Positions 10,663 to 20,137 of a stretch of 64,000 nucleotides of DNA are shown here, one piece after another. Both the position numbers and the translations under genes were made by a program. Positions within the stretch are counted from its first letter, which is position 1. The number at the start of each line of letters is the position of its first letter. This stretch comes from an uncultured Armatimonadia bacterium (GTDB lineage: Bacteria; Armatimonadota; Zipacnadia; CAVVLO01). The DNA lies in NCBI GenBank assembly GCA_963749155.1, contig CAVVLO010000005.1:352001-416000 (forward strand), read 5' to 3'. Below the pieces are notes generated by a model that had not been told where the DNA came from, ran no database searches, and saw nothing but the letters and a program-made list of their open reading frames with translations.

Positions 10663-11635
10663 ACTGCAAGTCGTGCTGGGCCTCGATGGCGGCGGGTCGA
10701 AGACCCAGGCCGTCGTGCTCGACCTGACCGGGCAGGTCCTCGGAGAGGGGCTGGGTGGCACTTCGGCGACGCTCTACGCCTCGGACGAAGTCGTGGCGAC
10801 TTCGACGAGGACGGCGCTTAAGGGAGCTTTTTCGACGCTCCCCGAGCCGCCCCAGGTCCTTGGCATCGGCTGTACTTTCGCGGTTGGAGGGCAGGGGCCG
10901 GTGGGCGAGACGCTGGCCGAATACACGCCCTTGTCCTTTATTTGGGCGATCAGCGAGTGCGAGGCCTGCAGTTACGCGGCGCTCGGCAAGCCGCACTCGC
11001 TTGTCATCCTGGCGGGGACGGGCAGCTTTGTCACTTACTGCGGGCCAGAGGGCTACCGCGCTCATGTAGGCGGGGGAGGGCCAACCCTTGGCGATTTCGG
11101 CAGTGGCTACTGGATTGGCGTCGAGGCGCTGAAGCGGGCCTTCCAGTCTTATCAGGAAGCTTTGCCCTCGACGACTCTTGTCCAGCGACTTTGCGAGCGC
11201 TTCAAATTGCCTGACCTGGGCGCCCTGGTGCCTCTGGTTTACGTGACCAAATTGTCGCGCTGGGAGATCGCTTCTCTTTCCAAACTGGTAGCGGATGAGG
11301 CGGACGCGGGAGATAGCGTCTCTCGCCAGATTCTGACAGATGCCGCGGAAGAACTGAATCGACAGCTCGAAGTAGTAGCGCGCAAGCTGGAGGGAGAGGA
11401 GCCTCCTTCGGATGTCGTGCTGGCAGGCGGGGTGCTGCAGCGCAAGGGGCTGGTGGCAGCCCTGGTCAGCCAACGCGCAAGTGAGCTGCTGCCGCAGGCC
11501 AGGGTCACGACACTGGAGTTGCCACCCGCCGCCGGCTGCGCGCTTTCGGGTCTGGCAAGACTGGGTTTTGAAGTGGACGAATTGGTGCATCAACTCACGC
11601 TCGCCTCGTGGCGGGCGCTCAAGGGGGAAAAGGCA
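10649..11635 (+). CDS. BadF/BadG/BcrA/BcrD-type sugar (GlcNAc) kinase, in frame with the following SIS domain
   Basis: GLDGGGSKT, LAGTGS, LGDFGSGYWIG and VLAGGV motifs; no stop before the SIS domain, so fusion status is uncertain. Confidence 0.75.
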
Positions 11636-12380
11636 GTGCTTAAGGACAAATGGTTTGATCAGATGAGGCGCCTTATTGCGCACTTCGAGGGCGAAGGGAA
11701 ACCTCAAATCGAGGCGGCGGCCCAGCTTATATTCGATTCGGTGACTAACGGCGGGGCGCTGCATATCCACGACAGCGGCCATATGCTGATGCGCGAGGCC
11801 ATCGGCCGCGCGGGCGGGATGTATATGGTCAACGCGCTCGAGTTTGGGCTGTCCATCAACAATCCCGTAAGGCCCCGGGCCAACCGTACGCCAAAAGAGA
11901 ACCCCCGGATGGACCGGCTGCCTGACCTGCCCAGGCTGGCCATCCAGTGCAGTCAGGTGAAGGCCGGCGATGTGGTGATAGTTGGCTCCGTGTCGGGCCG
12001 TAACGCCGTGCAGATAGGCCTTGCGATCGCTGCCCAGGAAGAGGGCGCGAAGGTGATCGCGCTGACCTCGGTGGACTACAGCAGTCAGCTCACCTCGACC
12101 CATCCTTCGGGCAAACGACTCTTTGAAGTGGCCGATGTTGTCGTGGACAACGGGGCCGAGTTCGGCGATGCTGCCCTCGAGGTCGAAGGGCTTGCCCGTC
12201 AAGTGCTGCCCGACCTCTGGCCTCGGCGCGGCGATGGCTTTTTGGGCTATTACGGCAGAATTAATCGAAAAACTCGTCGCTGCTGGCCATCAGCCTTCGG
12301 TCTATATGAGCGTCAACCGGGACGATGGGCCTGCTTTCATCGAGCAGATGGAAAAGAATTTCTTCGAGAAAGGCATCTAG
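11636..12380 (+). CDS. SIS-domain (UPF0309-like) sugar isomerase protein 1, +1 frameshift at ~12189
   Basis: DSGHML..GRAGG, SVSGRN, DNGAEFGDA; continues as PVKCCPTSG..SVN in ORF 12123-12380; GTG 11636 has an AAGGGGG SD. Confidence 0.7.
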
Positions 12381-12391
12381 CGGGGGTTATT

Positions 12392-13132
12392 ATGAGCGCT
12401 GAAAAGTATTTCGAAGCGGTACTGGCCCAACTGGCGGTAATCCAGGAAGAAGAATTACCCAAGCTTGCCGAGCTTGCCAGGACGATTACCGACCGGCTCG
12501 AAACAGGCGGGACGCTCTGGTCGTTCGGCTGCTCGCACGCCTCTATCCTGACGCAGGAGCTTGTCTATCGAGCGGGGGGCTTTATGCTATGCAATGCGCT
12601 CTTCTCGATGGAATGCGACCTCAAAGTGCGGCCCGCGCTGCGCACCAGCCGGATGGAACGCGTGCACGATTACGGGCGCATAATGATTGAGGAATCGCCG
12701 GCCAAAGCGGGCGATGTGCTTATCGTGGCCTCGGTCTCTGGGCGCAACGCGGTGCCCATTGAAGTCGCCCAGGCAGGGAGGGAGATGGGCCTTTACGTTA
12801 TCGGCGTCACTTCTCTGACTGCCTCAAAGCCTCTGGCCTCGCGCCAGAAGGGCGGGCTCAAGCTTTACGATGTGGTGGATTTCATCCTCGACCACCATTG
12901 CCCAATCGGCGATGCCGCAATCGAGGTGGAAGGTGTCCCCTCGAAGGTAGGGCCGACCTCGACCATCGGAGGCGCTCTGATACTCAACGCGCTAATCTGC
13001 GAAGTGGTCGCCGAATACGCGCGCCGGGGCCTCGAGCCGCCCATCTTCCTCAGCGGCAATGTGGACGGGGGAGACGAATATAACCGCCGGATGCTTGCCA
13101 AATACGCCGACCGCATCCACTATATGGAATAG
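12392..13132 (+). CDS. SIS-domain (UPF0309-like) sugar isomerase protein 2
   Basis: FGCSHAS..YRAGG, SVSGRN, GDA, GPTST and SGNVDGGD motifs; ATG 12392 after GGGGGT. Confidence 0.85.
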   Translation: MSAEKYFEAVLAQLAVIQEEELPKLAELARTITDRLETGGTLWSFGCSHASILTQELVYRAGGFMLCNALFSMECDLKVRPALRTSRMERVHDYGRIMIEESPAKAGDVLIVASVSGRNAVPIEVAQAGREMGLYVIGVTSLTASKPLASRQKGGLKLYDVVDFILDHHCPIGDAAIEVEGVPSKVGPTSTIGGALILNALICEVVAEYARRGLEPPIFLSGNVDGGDEYNRRMLAKYADRIHYME

Positions 13133-13144
13133 AGGTGACGCGAA

Positions 13145-13891
13145 ATGAAATTCGCAACCAGCCTGACGAGTTCGGAAGGGAAGCGCCTGATAGCCAAGGG
13201 CGTCGCGGCGTTGCCCAGTGTGCGCAAAGCCTATGAAGAAGGCATCCTCGTGATCGGCCGGGGTACGACCAACGCCCTGCTGGTAGAAGAGCTGACCGGC
13301 GAGGCGATTGATCGCGGCAGTTATAGCGCAGGTATTACCGTACCCGCCCACAAGCGCATCAAGAGGTTGAATTATGACGAATATCTCTTCGAGAAGGGCG
13401 AGAAGCTGACTGGTACGACCAGTGGCGAGGTTGCCAAACGGATGAGGCGGGGCGATGTTTTCATGAAGGGCGCCAACGCCCTCAACTATGCCTCTGGCAT
13501 CGCTGGCGTGCTGATTGGCGATCTTGCGGGAGGCACCCTGGGCGCTTATCCCTTGCTGGTTGCGCGCAAAATCGAATTGGTTATCCCTGTCGGGCTGGAG
13601 AAAGAGATAGCCACCGACATAATGAGGGCGGCTGAACTCATCCGGGAACCGGGCGTAGAACTCGAAGGAGTGCCCAGCCTGTTCCCAATCCAGGGCACGG
13701 TCATCACCGAGATCGAGGCTATCGCTGTGCTGACAGGCGCGACAGCCATCCAGATAGGGGCCGGCGGCGTTAACGGGGCAGAAGGCGCTGTGTGGCTTAT
13801 GGTATCAGGCTCGGAGGAGGTTATCGCCGAAGCGCGGGGTCTGCTTGATTCTATCAAGGGGGAACCGCCCATCACCTTACCCGAGGAGTGA
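13145..13891 (+). CDS. Conserved hypothetical protein
   Basis: Intact ORF with SD, operonic position, conserved-looking motifs (EGKRLIAKGV, GTTN, KGANA, PVGLEK, GAGGVNGAEG). Confidence 0.75.
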   Translation: MKFATSLTSSEGKRLIAKGVAALPSVRKAYEEGILVIGRGTTNALLVEELTGEAIDRGSYSAGITVPAHKRIKRLNYDEYLFEKGEKLTGTTSGEVAKRMRRGDVFMKGANALNYASGIAGVLIGDLAGGTLGAYPLLVARKIELVIPVGLEKEIATDIMRAAELIREPGVELEGVPSLFPIQGTVITEIEAIAVLTGATAIQIGAGGVNGAEGAVWLMVSGSEEVIAEARGLLDSIKGEPPITLPEE

Positions 13892-13896
13892 GTCCA

Positions 13897-14898
13897 ATGA
13901 AAATCGCAAGCTATTGGGCCAGGCGCGGAGACGATCGCCTGCAGTGCGAGCTTTGCCCCCAGGCTTGCGTGCTTTCGGAAGGTGAGGCGGGGGATTGTCT
14001 TGTCCGCCGCATGCAGGAAGGCCAACTGATTGCGACGACTTATGGCCGAGTGACCTCTGCCAGCCTCGATCCTATCGAGAAGAAGCCTCTCTATCACTTT
14101 TTCCCAGGCCGGCGCATCCTGTCCATCGGCAGCATCGGATGCAATTTCCATTGTCTGTTCTGCCAGAATCACGAGACCAGCCAGACAGGCAATCTGGCGT
14201 ATACCCAGGAGCTTCCTCCAAAGGCCGCGGTCGAGCTTGCTTTACGGCAGCCCGGCAACCTGGGCCTCTGCTACACCTATAACGAGCCTCTTATCCAGTT
14301 CGAATATGTACTCGACTGTTCAAAACTTGTCCGCGAAGCAGGCCTGTGCAACGTCCTGGTATCCAACGGCTACATCAACCCGAAGCCTCTGGCAGAGCTG
14401 ATACCCTTCATCGACGCTATCAACGTAGATATCAAGTCTTTGGACGAGGGGTATTACAATCGCCTGTGCGGAGGCAAGCTGAAGCCAGTCCAGCGCGCTA
14501 TAACCGAACTCGTCAAGGCGAAAGTGCATGTAGAGCTGACCAACCTGCTGGTGACGGGGCAGAACGACAGCGATGACCAGATCAAGCGACTTGTGGACTG
14601 GGTAGCCAGCCTGTCGGAGGATATTCCTTTACATTTTTCCAGGTATTTCCCCCAGTATCAGATGGACCTTCCAGCGACACCGGAAGAGCGGCTGGACAAG
14701 GCTTACGAGCTCGGTCGGGCCAGGTTGAACTATGTCTACCTGGGCAATGTGCTGAGTTCTCTGGGCTCGAACACGCACTGCGTCGAGTGCGGCAACCTGC
14801 TGGTTGTGCGAGAAGGTTATTCTACGCGCCTGGTGGGCCTGCAAGGCGCTGCCTGCGACAAGTGTGGCGCGGTGCTGGCAGGACGGTTTGAGGAATGA
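13897..14898 (+). CDS. amrS: AmmeMemoRadiSam system radical SAM enzyme
   Basis: CELCPQAC, DPIEKKPLYHFFPG, GCNFHCLFCQN, YTYNEP, PLHFSRYFP, YVYLGNV and C-terminal CxxC pairs. Confidence 0.9.
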   Translation: MKIASYWARRGDDRLQCELCPQACVLSEGEAGDCLVRRMQEGQLIATTYGRVTSASLDPIEKKPLYHFFPGRRILSIGSIGCNFHCLFCQNHETSQTGNLAYTQELPPKAAVELALRQPGNLGLCYTYNEPLIQFEYVLDCSKLVREAGLCNVLVSNGYINPKPLAELIPFIDAINVDIKSLDEGYYNRLCGGKLKPVQRAITELVKAKVHVELTNLLVTGQNDSDDQIKRLVDWVASLSEDIPLHFSRYFPQYQMDLPATPEERLDKAYELGRARLNYVYLGNVLSSLGSNTHCVECGNLLVVREGYSTRLVGLQGAACDKCGAVLAGRFEE

Positions 14899-15485
14899 GC
14901 AGCCAGCCTCGTCTTGTGCTTGCGTCCGCCTCGCCAAGGCGCCGAGAGCTGCTCTCGGCGCTTGGGCTTGACTTCGAAGTGCGTCTTGCTTTGGAGCAAC
15001 CTCCAGAACTAGCCGAGGGAGAACCGTCAGAAGTGGCGCTCGCTAATGCCAGGGCGAAGGTGCTCGCGCTTGAAGCCGCCGAGGACGAACTGCTTGTTGG
15101 CGCTGACACCATCGTTGTGATTGCAGGCGCCATCCTGGGCAAGCCCAATTCTGCCGAAGAAGCCAAAACAATGCTGCGGCGCCTGTCTGGCAACCGCCAT
15201 GAGGTGCTGACAGGAGTTGCAGTCCGCTCGCGAGAGTGGCTTGAGGCCGATGTGGCGCGCACCTCGGTCTGGTTCCGCCCGCTCGAGGAGTGGGAGATCG
15301 AGGCCTATGTGGCCACAGGAGAGCCTCTCGACAAAGCGGGTGCCTATGGCATCCAGGAGAGGGCGTCCGTGTTCGTCAGCCATATTGAAGGGGATTATTT
15401 CAATGTGGTCGGACTGCCTCTTGCCCTGCTCGATGGGCTGCTAAAAAAGCGGGGATGTGGTATATTGGCGCTGACTCCCCGGTAA
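14895..15485 (+). CDS. maf: Maf family nucleoside triphosphate pyrophosphatase
   Basis: LASASPRRRELL, GADTIV, GKP, DKAGAYGIQ and NVVGLP motifs. Confidence 0.95.
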   Translation: MSSQPRLVLASASPRRRELLSALGLDFEVRLALEQPPELAEGEPSEVALANARAKVLALEAAEDELLVGADTIVVIAGAILGKPNSAEEAKTMLRRLSGNRHEVLTGVAVRSREWLEADVARTSVWFRPLEEWEIEAYVATGEPLDKAGAYGIQERASVFVSHIEGDYFNVVGLPLALLDGLLKKRGCGILALTPR

Positions 15486-15617
15486 GGCGCCGGAAAGGGT
15501 TTCCAGGAGGCGGGCATCAAGGCCGCTAGCTGCGGCTTTGAGGTATAATTAACCCTCGTTCACAGCCATTTAACACGCGTTCCCCGGCAAGGCCTTCAGG
15601 CGGAACGTGAAGCGAGG

Positions 15618-16658
15618 TTGAAGGCAGCCGTGTGGCAATCGTGGTTTAGCGGGTTCTCCCGAGATATGGGCATCGACCTGGGCACTGCCAACACGCTCAT
15701 CTACGTGAAGGGCAGAGGCATTATGGTGCAGGAGCCCTCGGTCGTTGCGATGGAGCAGCATACGCGCAAGGTACTTGCTGTTGGCGATGAAGCCAAACGT
15801 ATGGTCGGGCGCACCCCAAGCAACATTATCGCTATCAGGCCTCTTTCCGATGGCGTTATCGCAGATTTCGACGTCGCTCAGGCTATGATCGAGCAGTTCA
15901 TCCGGAAAGTGCATCAACGCGGTTTCCTTATGAAACCGCTGGTTATTATTGGTATCCCAAGTGGTGTCACCGAAGTCGAGAAGCGCGCTGTCCTCGAAGC
16001 CAGCAAGAACGCGGGGGCCAAGCGTTCCTTCCTCATAGAAGAGCCTATGGCTGCCGCAATTGGCGCCGGGCTGCCTATCACCGAGCCTCGCGGCAGTATG
16101 ATAGTCGATATCGGAGGCGGCACCACCGAAGTCGCTGTTATCTCGCTTGGGGGCATCTGCGCAAGCAAGTCGGTGCGTGTCGCGGGCGATGAGATAGACG
16201 AAGCCATCGTCCAGTATGTGCGCCGAGAACATAGCCTCCTGATCGGTGAGCGCACTGCCGAAGAAGTGAAGATGCGTATCGGTTCGGCTTACCCGACCGA
16301 GGACTTGCTGGAGATAGACATCCGCGGCCGCGACCTGGTGACCGGCCTGCCCAAGCAGGTGACTATTACCTCTGATGAGGTGCGCTCGGCCATCCAGGAA
16401 CCTCTGATGACCATAGTTGAGACCGTCAAGCAGACACTCGAAAACACGCCGCCCGAGCTTTCGGCTGATATTATCGAAAGCGGGATAATGCTCGCCGGGG
16501 GCGGGGCGTTGCTGAAAGGGATAGACGATCTGATCGCTTCGGAAACCAATATGCCCGTGCGGCACGCGGACGAACCGCTTTACTGCGTAGTCGAGGGTTG
16601 TGGCCGGGCGCTGGAAGAGATCGAAACCCTCAAGGAAGTCTTCGTAGGCCAGGCCTGA
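15618..16658 (+). CDS. mreB: Rod shape-determining protein MreB
   Basis: IDLGTANT, EEPMAAAIGAG, DIGGGTTE and GGGALL motifs; true start may be GTG 15630. Confidence 0.97.
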   Translation: MKAAVWQSWFSGFSRDMGIDLGTANTLIYVKGRGIMVQEPSVVAMEQHTRKVLAVGDEAKRMVGRTPSNIIAIRPLSDGVIADFDVAQAMIEQFIRKVHQRGFLMKPLVIIGIPSGVTEVEKRAVLEASKNAGAKRSFLIEEPMAAAIGAGLPITEPRGSMIVDIGGGTTEVAVISLGGICASKSVRVAGDEIDEAIVQYVRREHSLLIGERTAEEVKMRIGSAYPTEDLLEIDIRGRDLVTGLPKQVTITSDEVRSAIQEPLMTIVETVKQTLENTPPELSADIIESGIMLAGGGALLKGIDDLIASETNMPVRHADEPLYCVVEGCGRALEEIETLKEVFVGQA

Positions 16659-16683
16659 AGCAGGCCTTTCGGGAGCAGCGACG

Positions 16684-17511
16684 ATGTGGTGGCGCGACCG
16701 CACAATCCGCGTGCTGGCTATCCTGATGCTGGCCGTGTTTTTTGTCGCGTGGGGAGCCCGCACTGATGGCTTCGGCCTGCGTCCCCTTGGCTACGTCTGC
16801 TCGACGCTGTTCAGTCCTATCGACTGGTTCTTCAGCGGCGTCACAGGCACGGTGGGGAAGGTGCGCGGCACGCTTTCCAGCAACGTCAGCCTGATGCGAA
16901 GCAACACCGAGTTGAAGCGGCAGCTTGGCGAGGCTCAACTTATTATCACCGAACTCGAAGAGCTGCGCCGGGAGAATCGGCGGCTCTCCCAGCTGTTAAA
17001 CCTGCCGGTACCTCAGGGCTACACTCGCACCAGCGCGCGGGTGGTGGGCCGCTCCGTCACCAACCTGTACCAAACCTTGCGTATCAGCGCGGGCGTCGAG
17101 TCCGGCATCCAGCCGGGCGCGCCTGTGGTCTCGGGTCAGGGGCTGGTGGGGCAGGTGCTCGAATCGTCGCTCTTCTCTTCCACCATACTGCTGATTACTG
17201 ACGCCAACTCGGGCGTAGCGGTGCTGTCGGCTGACAATCGCTCCAATGGCGTAATCAAGGGGACGGGCGAAGTCTATCTGATGATGGACTATGTAGCCGG
17301 CTCGGACCTGCTGGAACCTGGCGAGGAAGTGGTTACCTCTGGGCTAGGCGGAGTTTTCCCCAAAGGCCTGCCCGTTGGCATCGTCACCTCGGTTACGCCT
17401 GATCCAGTAACCCATGTCAAGACCGCCACTGTGCTGCCATATACGGACTTCTCCAATCTGGAAGAGGTATCGGTGCTGCTTCCGGGAGCGGGGGGCGAGC
17501 CCTCTGAGTAA
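16684..17511 (+). CDS. mreC: Rod shape-determining protein MreC
   Basis: N-terminal TM, coiled coil ENRRLSQLL, GLVGQV, TSGLGGVFPKGLPVG. Confidence 0.93.
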   Translation: MWWRDRTIRVLAILMLAVFFVAWGARTDGFGLRPLGYVCSTLFSPIDWFFSGVTGTVGKVRGTLSSNVSLMRSNTELKRQLGEAQLIITELEELRRENRRLSQLLNLPVPQGYTRTSARVVGRSVTNLYQTLRISAGVESGIQPGAPVVSGQGLVGQVLESSLFSSTILLITDANSGVAVLSADNRSNGVIKGTGEVYLMMDYVAGSDLLEPGEEVVTSGLGGVFPKGLPVGIVTSVTPDPVTHVKTATVLPYTDFSNLEEVSVLLPGAGGEPSE

Positions 17512-17996
17512 GGCAGCACTAGGGCGTCTGGTGGTTACCTTGCTTGCCTTGTTGCTGGCTCAGATAACCCTGGGCTGGAGGTTTGCCATCTTTGGAGTGG
17601 TGCCTGATTTCTGGCTGCTTGCTGTAGCGGCAGCGGCACTGCGCGTTGGCACGATGGGAGGGGCTATCGCCGGTTTTGCAGTGGGACTGGGCCTTGGGCT
17701 GGCCCAGCCGGTCCATCTGGCAGTGCTTGCCCGCTTGCGCGCTGGTGCTGGGCGCGGCCGCGGGGACACTGCAGCGGATAGCCGCCGAGACCAATATGCT
17801 GGTGCAGGCGGTTGTGGCGGCAGGTTTCACAGCAGCCTTCTACTGGCTGCATTTCCTCTTTGTGCCTTCACTTGGCGCTGCCAATTATCTACGCTGGTCG
17901 CTTGAGGGCGCCCTGTATAGCGCGATACTGGCGCCTTTCTTCTTTTGGCTGTTTGCCAAACTTGCCGGCCCACAGGAACGCTATACCCTCTTCTGA
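17504..17996 (+). CDS. mreD: Rod shape-determining protein MreD, +1 frameshift at ~17730
   Basis: GVVPDFWLL and AGFAVGL motifs, follows mreC; hydrophobic C-terminus in ORF 17646-17996; start codon uncertain. Confidence 0.7.
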
Positions 17997-18020
17997 TTAC
18001 TGTTTCCTTTTGGGCTACTA

Positions 18021-18048
18021 GAAGGAAAGCGAGATAACACAGAGAAAG
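18021..18048 (+). promoter_or_regulatory. Putative SigH-like promoter
   Basis: GAAGG(18021-18025)-N18-GAA upstream of the oxidoreductase operon. Confidence 0.35.
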
Positions 18049-18140
18049 CTTATCCCAGACCTTGGCAAGCAGGTGGTCCGGCGCGTCTCCAGGCTGGGCC
18101 ACGATACTTCCTTTATCTTCCAAACGGGAGTGAGACGGTT

Positions 18141-19130
18141 ATGAAGGTTGCGCTGGTCGGCTCCGGCGGAATGGCGCGTACCCACGCCAGTGGGTACGGC
18201 ATCGTGCCGGGGGCGGAGTTAGTCGCTGTAATGGACTACAAGCTGGACCGGGCTCTTGATTTCGCCAGCACCTGGGGCGTCAAGGCTTACGACGATTTTG
18301 CCAGGATGCTCGCCGAGCAGGAGATTGACGTCCTCGATGTCTGCACCCCTACCTATGTGCATTCCGAGTACGCCATCAAGGGGCTCGAAGCGGGCAAGCA
18401 TGTCATCTGCGAAAAGCCAATGGCGCGTACCATCGAACAGGCGGATGCGATGATCCGGGCCGCTGACGCCTCGGGAAAGCAGCTCTTCGTGGCTCAGGTG
18501 CTGCGTTTCTTCCCCGAGTTCCGCAAGGGCTATGACCTGCTCAAATCGGGCGCGGTAGGCGAGCCGGGAATGATCCGCACCTGGCGTTGCTGCCAGTTCC
18601 CGCGCGGGACGGACGACTGGTTCGCTGACGATGCGCTTTCGGGCGGCGCGCCGCTTGATTTGCTCATCCATGACATCGACTGGGTCAACTGGGCCTTCGG
18701 GCCTGTGGAGCGCGTGTTCGCGCGGCGCTTCAACACCCGAGAGCCATACCATGCCGACATCATCCTCGTGACGCTGAGATTCACCTCGGGCGCCATTGCG
18801 CACCTGGAGGGGAGCTTTGCCCATGTGACGGGCTTCGACTGCGGCTTTGAGGTCAGCGGGACAGGCGGAGTGCTCGAATACAAGCTCTCCGAGATGCAAC
18901 CCCTGCTGACCAAGGTGCAGGCAACAGGCGGCACAGGGCCTGGAGTCATCGTGCCCGCCAGCCCAACCAAGGCCTCGCCTTATGGCCTCGAGCTCAAGCA
19001 TTTCTTCGCTTGCATCGAGGGCAAAGAAGAGCCAATTGTAACTGCGCGCGATGCCAGAGCGGCACTGGAGATAGCCTTCGCCGCCATCGAGTCCGCCGCC
19101 AGCGGCAAGCCCATTACCCTGGCGAGTTGA
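18141..19130 (+). CDS. Gfo/Idh/MocA family oxidoreductase
   Basis: VALVGSGGMA, CEKP and DLLIHDID motifs. Confidence 0.92.
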   Translation: MKVALVGSGGMARTHASGYGIVPGAELVAVMDYKLDRALDFASTWGVKAYDDFARMLAEQEIDVLDVCTPTYVHSEYAIKGLEAGKHVICEKPMARTIEQADAMIRAADASGKQLFVAQVLRFFPEFRKGYDLLKSGAVGEPGMIRTWRCCQFPRGTDDWFADDALSGGAPLDLLIHDIDWVNWAFGPVERVFARRFNTREPYHADIILVTLRFTSGAIAHLEGSFAHVTGFDCGFEVSGTGGVLEYKLSEMQPLLTKVQATGGTGPGVIVPASPTKASPYGLELKHFFACIEGKEEPIVTARDARAALEIAFAAIESAASGKPITLAS

Positions 19131-19131
19131 G

Positions 19132-20133
19132 GTGAGGAAAATGAAGCTTGGTATCTTAAGCTTTGCCCATTTGCACGCAGGCAGTTATGCGCACTCCATC
19201 CAGCAGGCCGAAGGCGCAGAGCTGGACTTCATCTGGGACGAGAATCCAGCGCGCGGCCAGCAGGCTGCTGCCAGCTTCGGCGTGCCCTATATCGCCAATT
19301 TGGCAGATGCGCTCGCTCGCGATGCCCAGGCTATCGTCATTGACAGCAGTAATGCGCGTCACGCGGGGCTTGCCATCGCGGCAGCCGAGGCGGGCAAGCA
19401 CGTGCTGTGCGAGAAGCCGCTTGCGACTACGGTCGAGGACGGCAAGGCGATGATTGACGCTTGCGCCAAGGCCGGCGTCAAGCTGATGACCGCCTTCCCC
19501 TGCCGCTTCCATCCGGCTTACGAGGGGCTGTGCGAGGTCGTCACCAGCGGCAAGCTGGGCGCGGTGAAAGCTATCGTCGGCACCAACCGCGGCTCGATGA
19601 TCGGTGACTGGTTCTGCGTGAAGGAAGAGTCTGGCGGCGGCGCGGTTATGGACCATACCGTGCATGTCGTGGACCTCATCCGCGCAATGACCGGCAGCAA
19701 CGTGGCCGAAGTCTATGCCGAATACGATGAGAAGCTATATACCGAATATGGCATCGACGATATTGGGTTGCTCAGTATGCAGCTCGAGAACGGCGTCATT
19801 GCGACACTGGACTGCAGTTGGTCGCGCCCACCAGGCTATCCGACCTGGGGCGACGTGACGATTGAAGTCGTAGGTGAAGCCGGTGTAACAAAGATGGATA
19901 TGTTTGCGCAGGACTTGGCAAAATACCCCAAACAGGCAACAAAATCCGAATGGGTCTATTGGGGCGATGATATGGATTTCCTGTTGATTCAGGGGTTCAT
20001 ATCCGCTATAACAGAGAATAAGGAACCACTCACTTCGGGTCAGGATGGCCTCGAGGCGCTGAAAGTAGCCCTCGCCGCCTATGAATCAGGCGCCCGCAAG
20101 CAGCCTGTGGTCCTCAAGGAGCTGTTCGGCTAA
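19132..20133 (+). CDS. Gfo/Idh/MocA family oxidoreductase
   Basis: GILSFAHLHA, CEKP and GGAVMDHTVH motifs. Confidence 0.92.
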   Translation: MRKMKLGILSFAHLHAGSYAHSIQQAEGAELDFIWDENPARGQQAAASFGVPYIANLADALARDAQAIVIDSSNARHAGLAIAAAEAGKHVLCEKPLATTVEDGKAMIDACAKAGVKLMTAFPCRFHPAYEGLCEVVTSGKLGAVKAIVGTNRGSMIGDWFCVKEESGGGAVMDHTVHVVDLIRAMTGSNVAEVYAEYDEKLYTEYGIDDIGLLSMQLENGVIATLDCSWSRPPGYPTWGDVTIEVVGEAGVTKMDMFAQDLAKYPKQATKSEWVYWGDDMDFLLIQGFISAITENKEPLTSGQDGLEALKVALAAYESGARKQPVVLKELFG

Positions 20134-20137
20134 GCCG

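Noticed and set aside
10622..13132. 836-aa kinase-SIS-SIS triple fusion ORF
   Set aside because: An extra G at ~12189 moves the true SIS1 C-terminus (stop 12380) into another frame, and SIS2 has its own SD and ATG at 12392
18069..18095. Additional GCAGG promoter copy
   Set aside because: No NAA element at the 18-nt spacing
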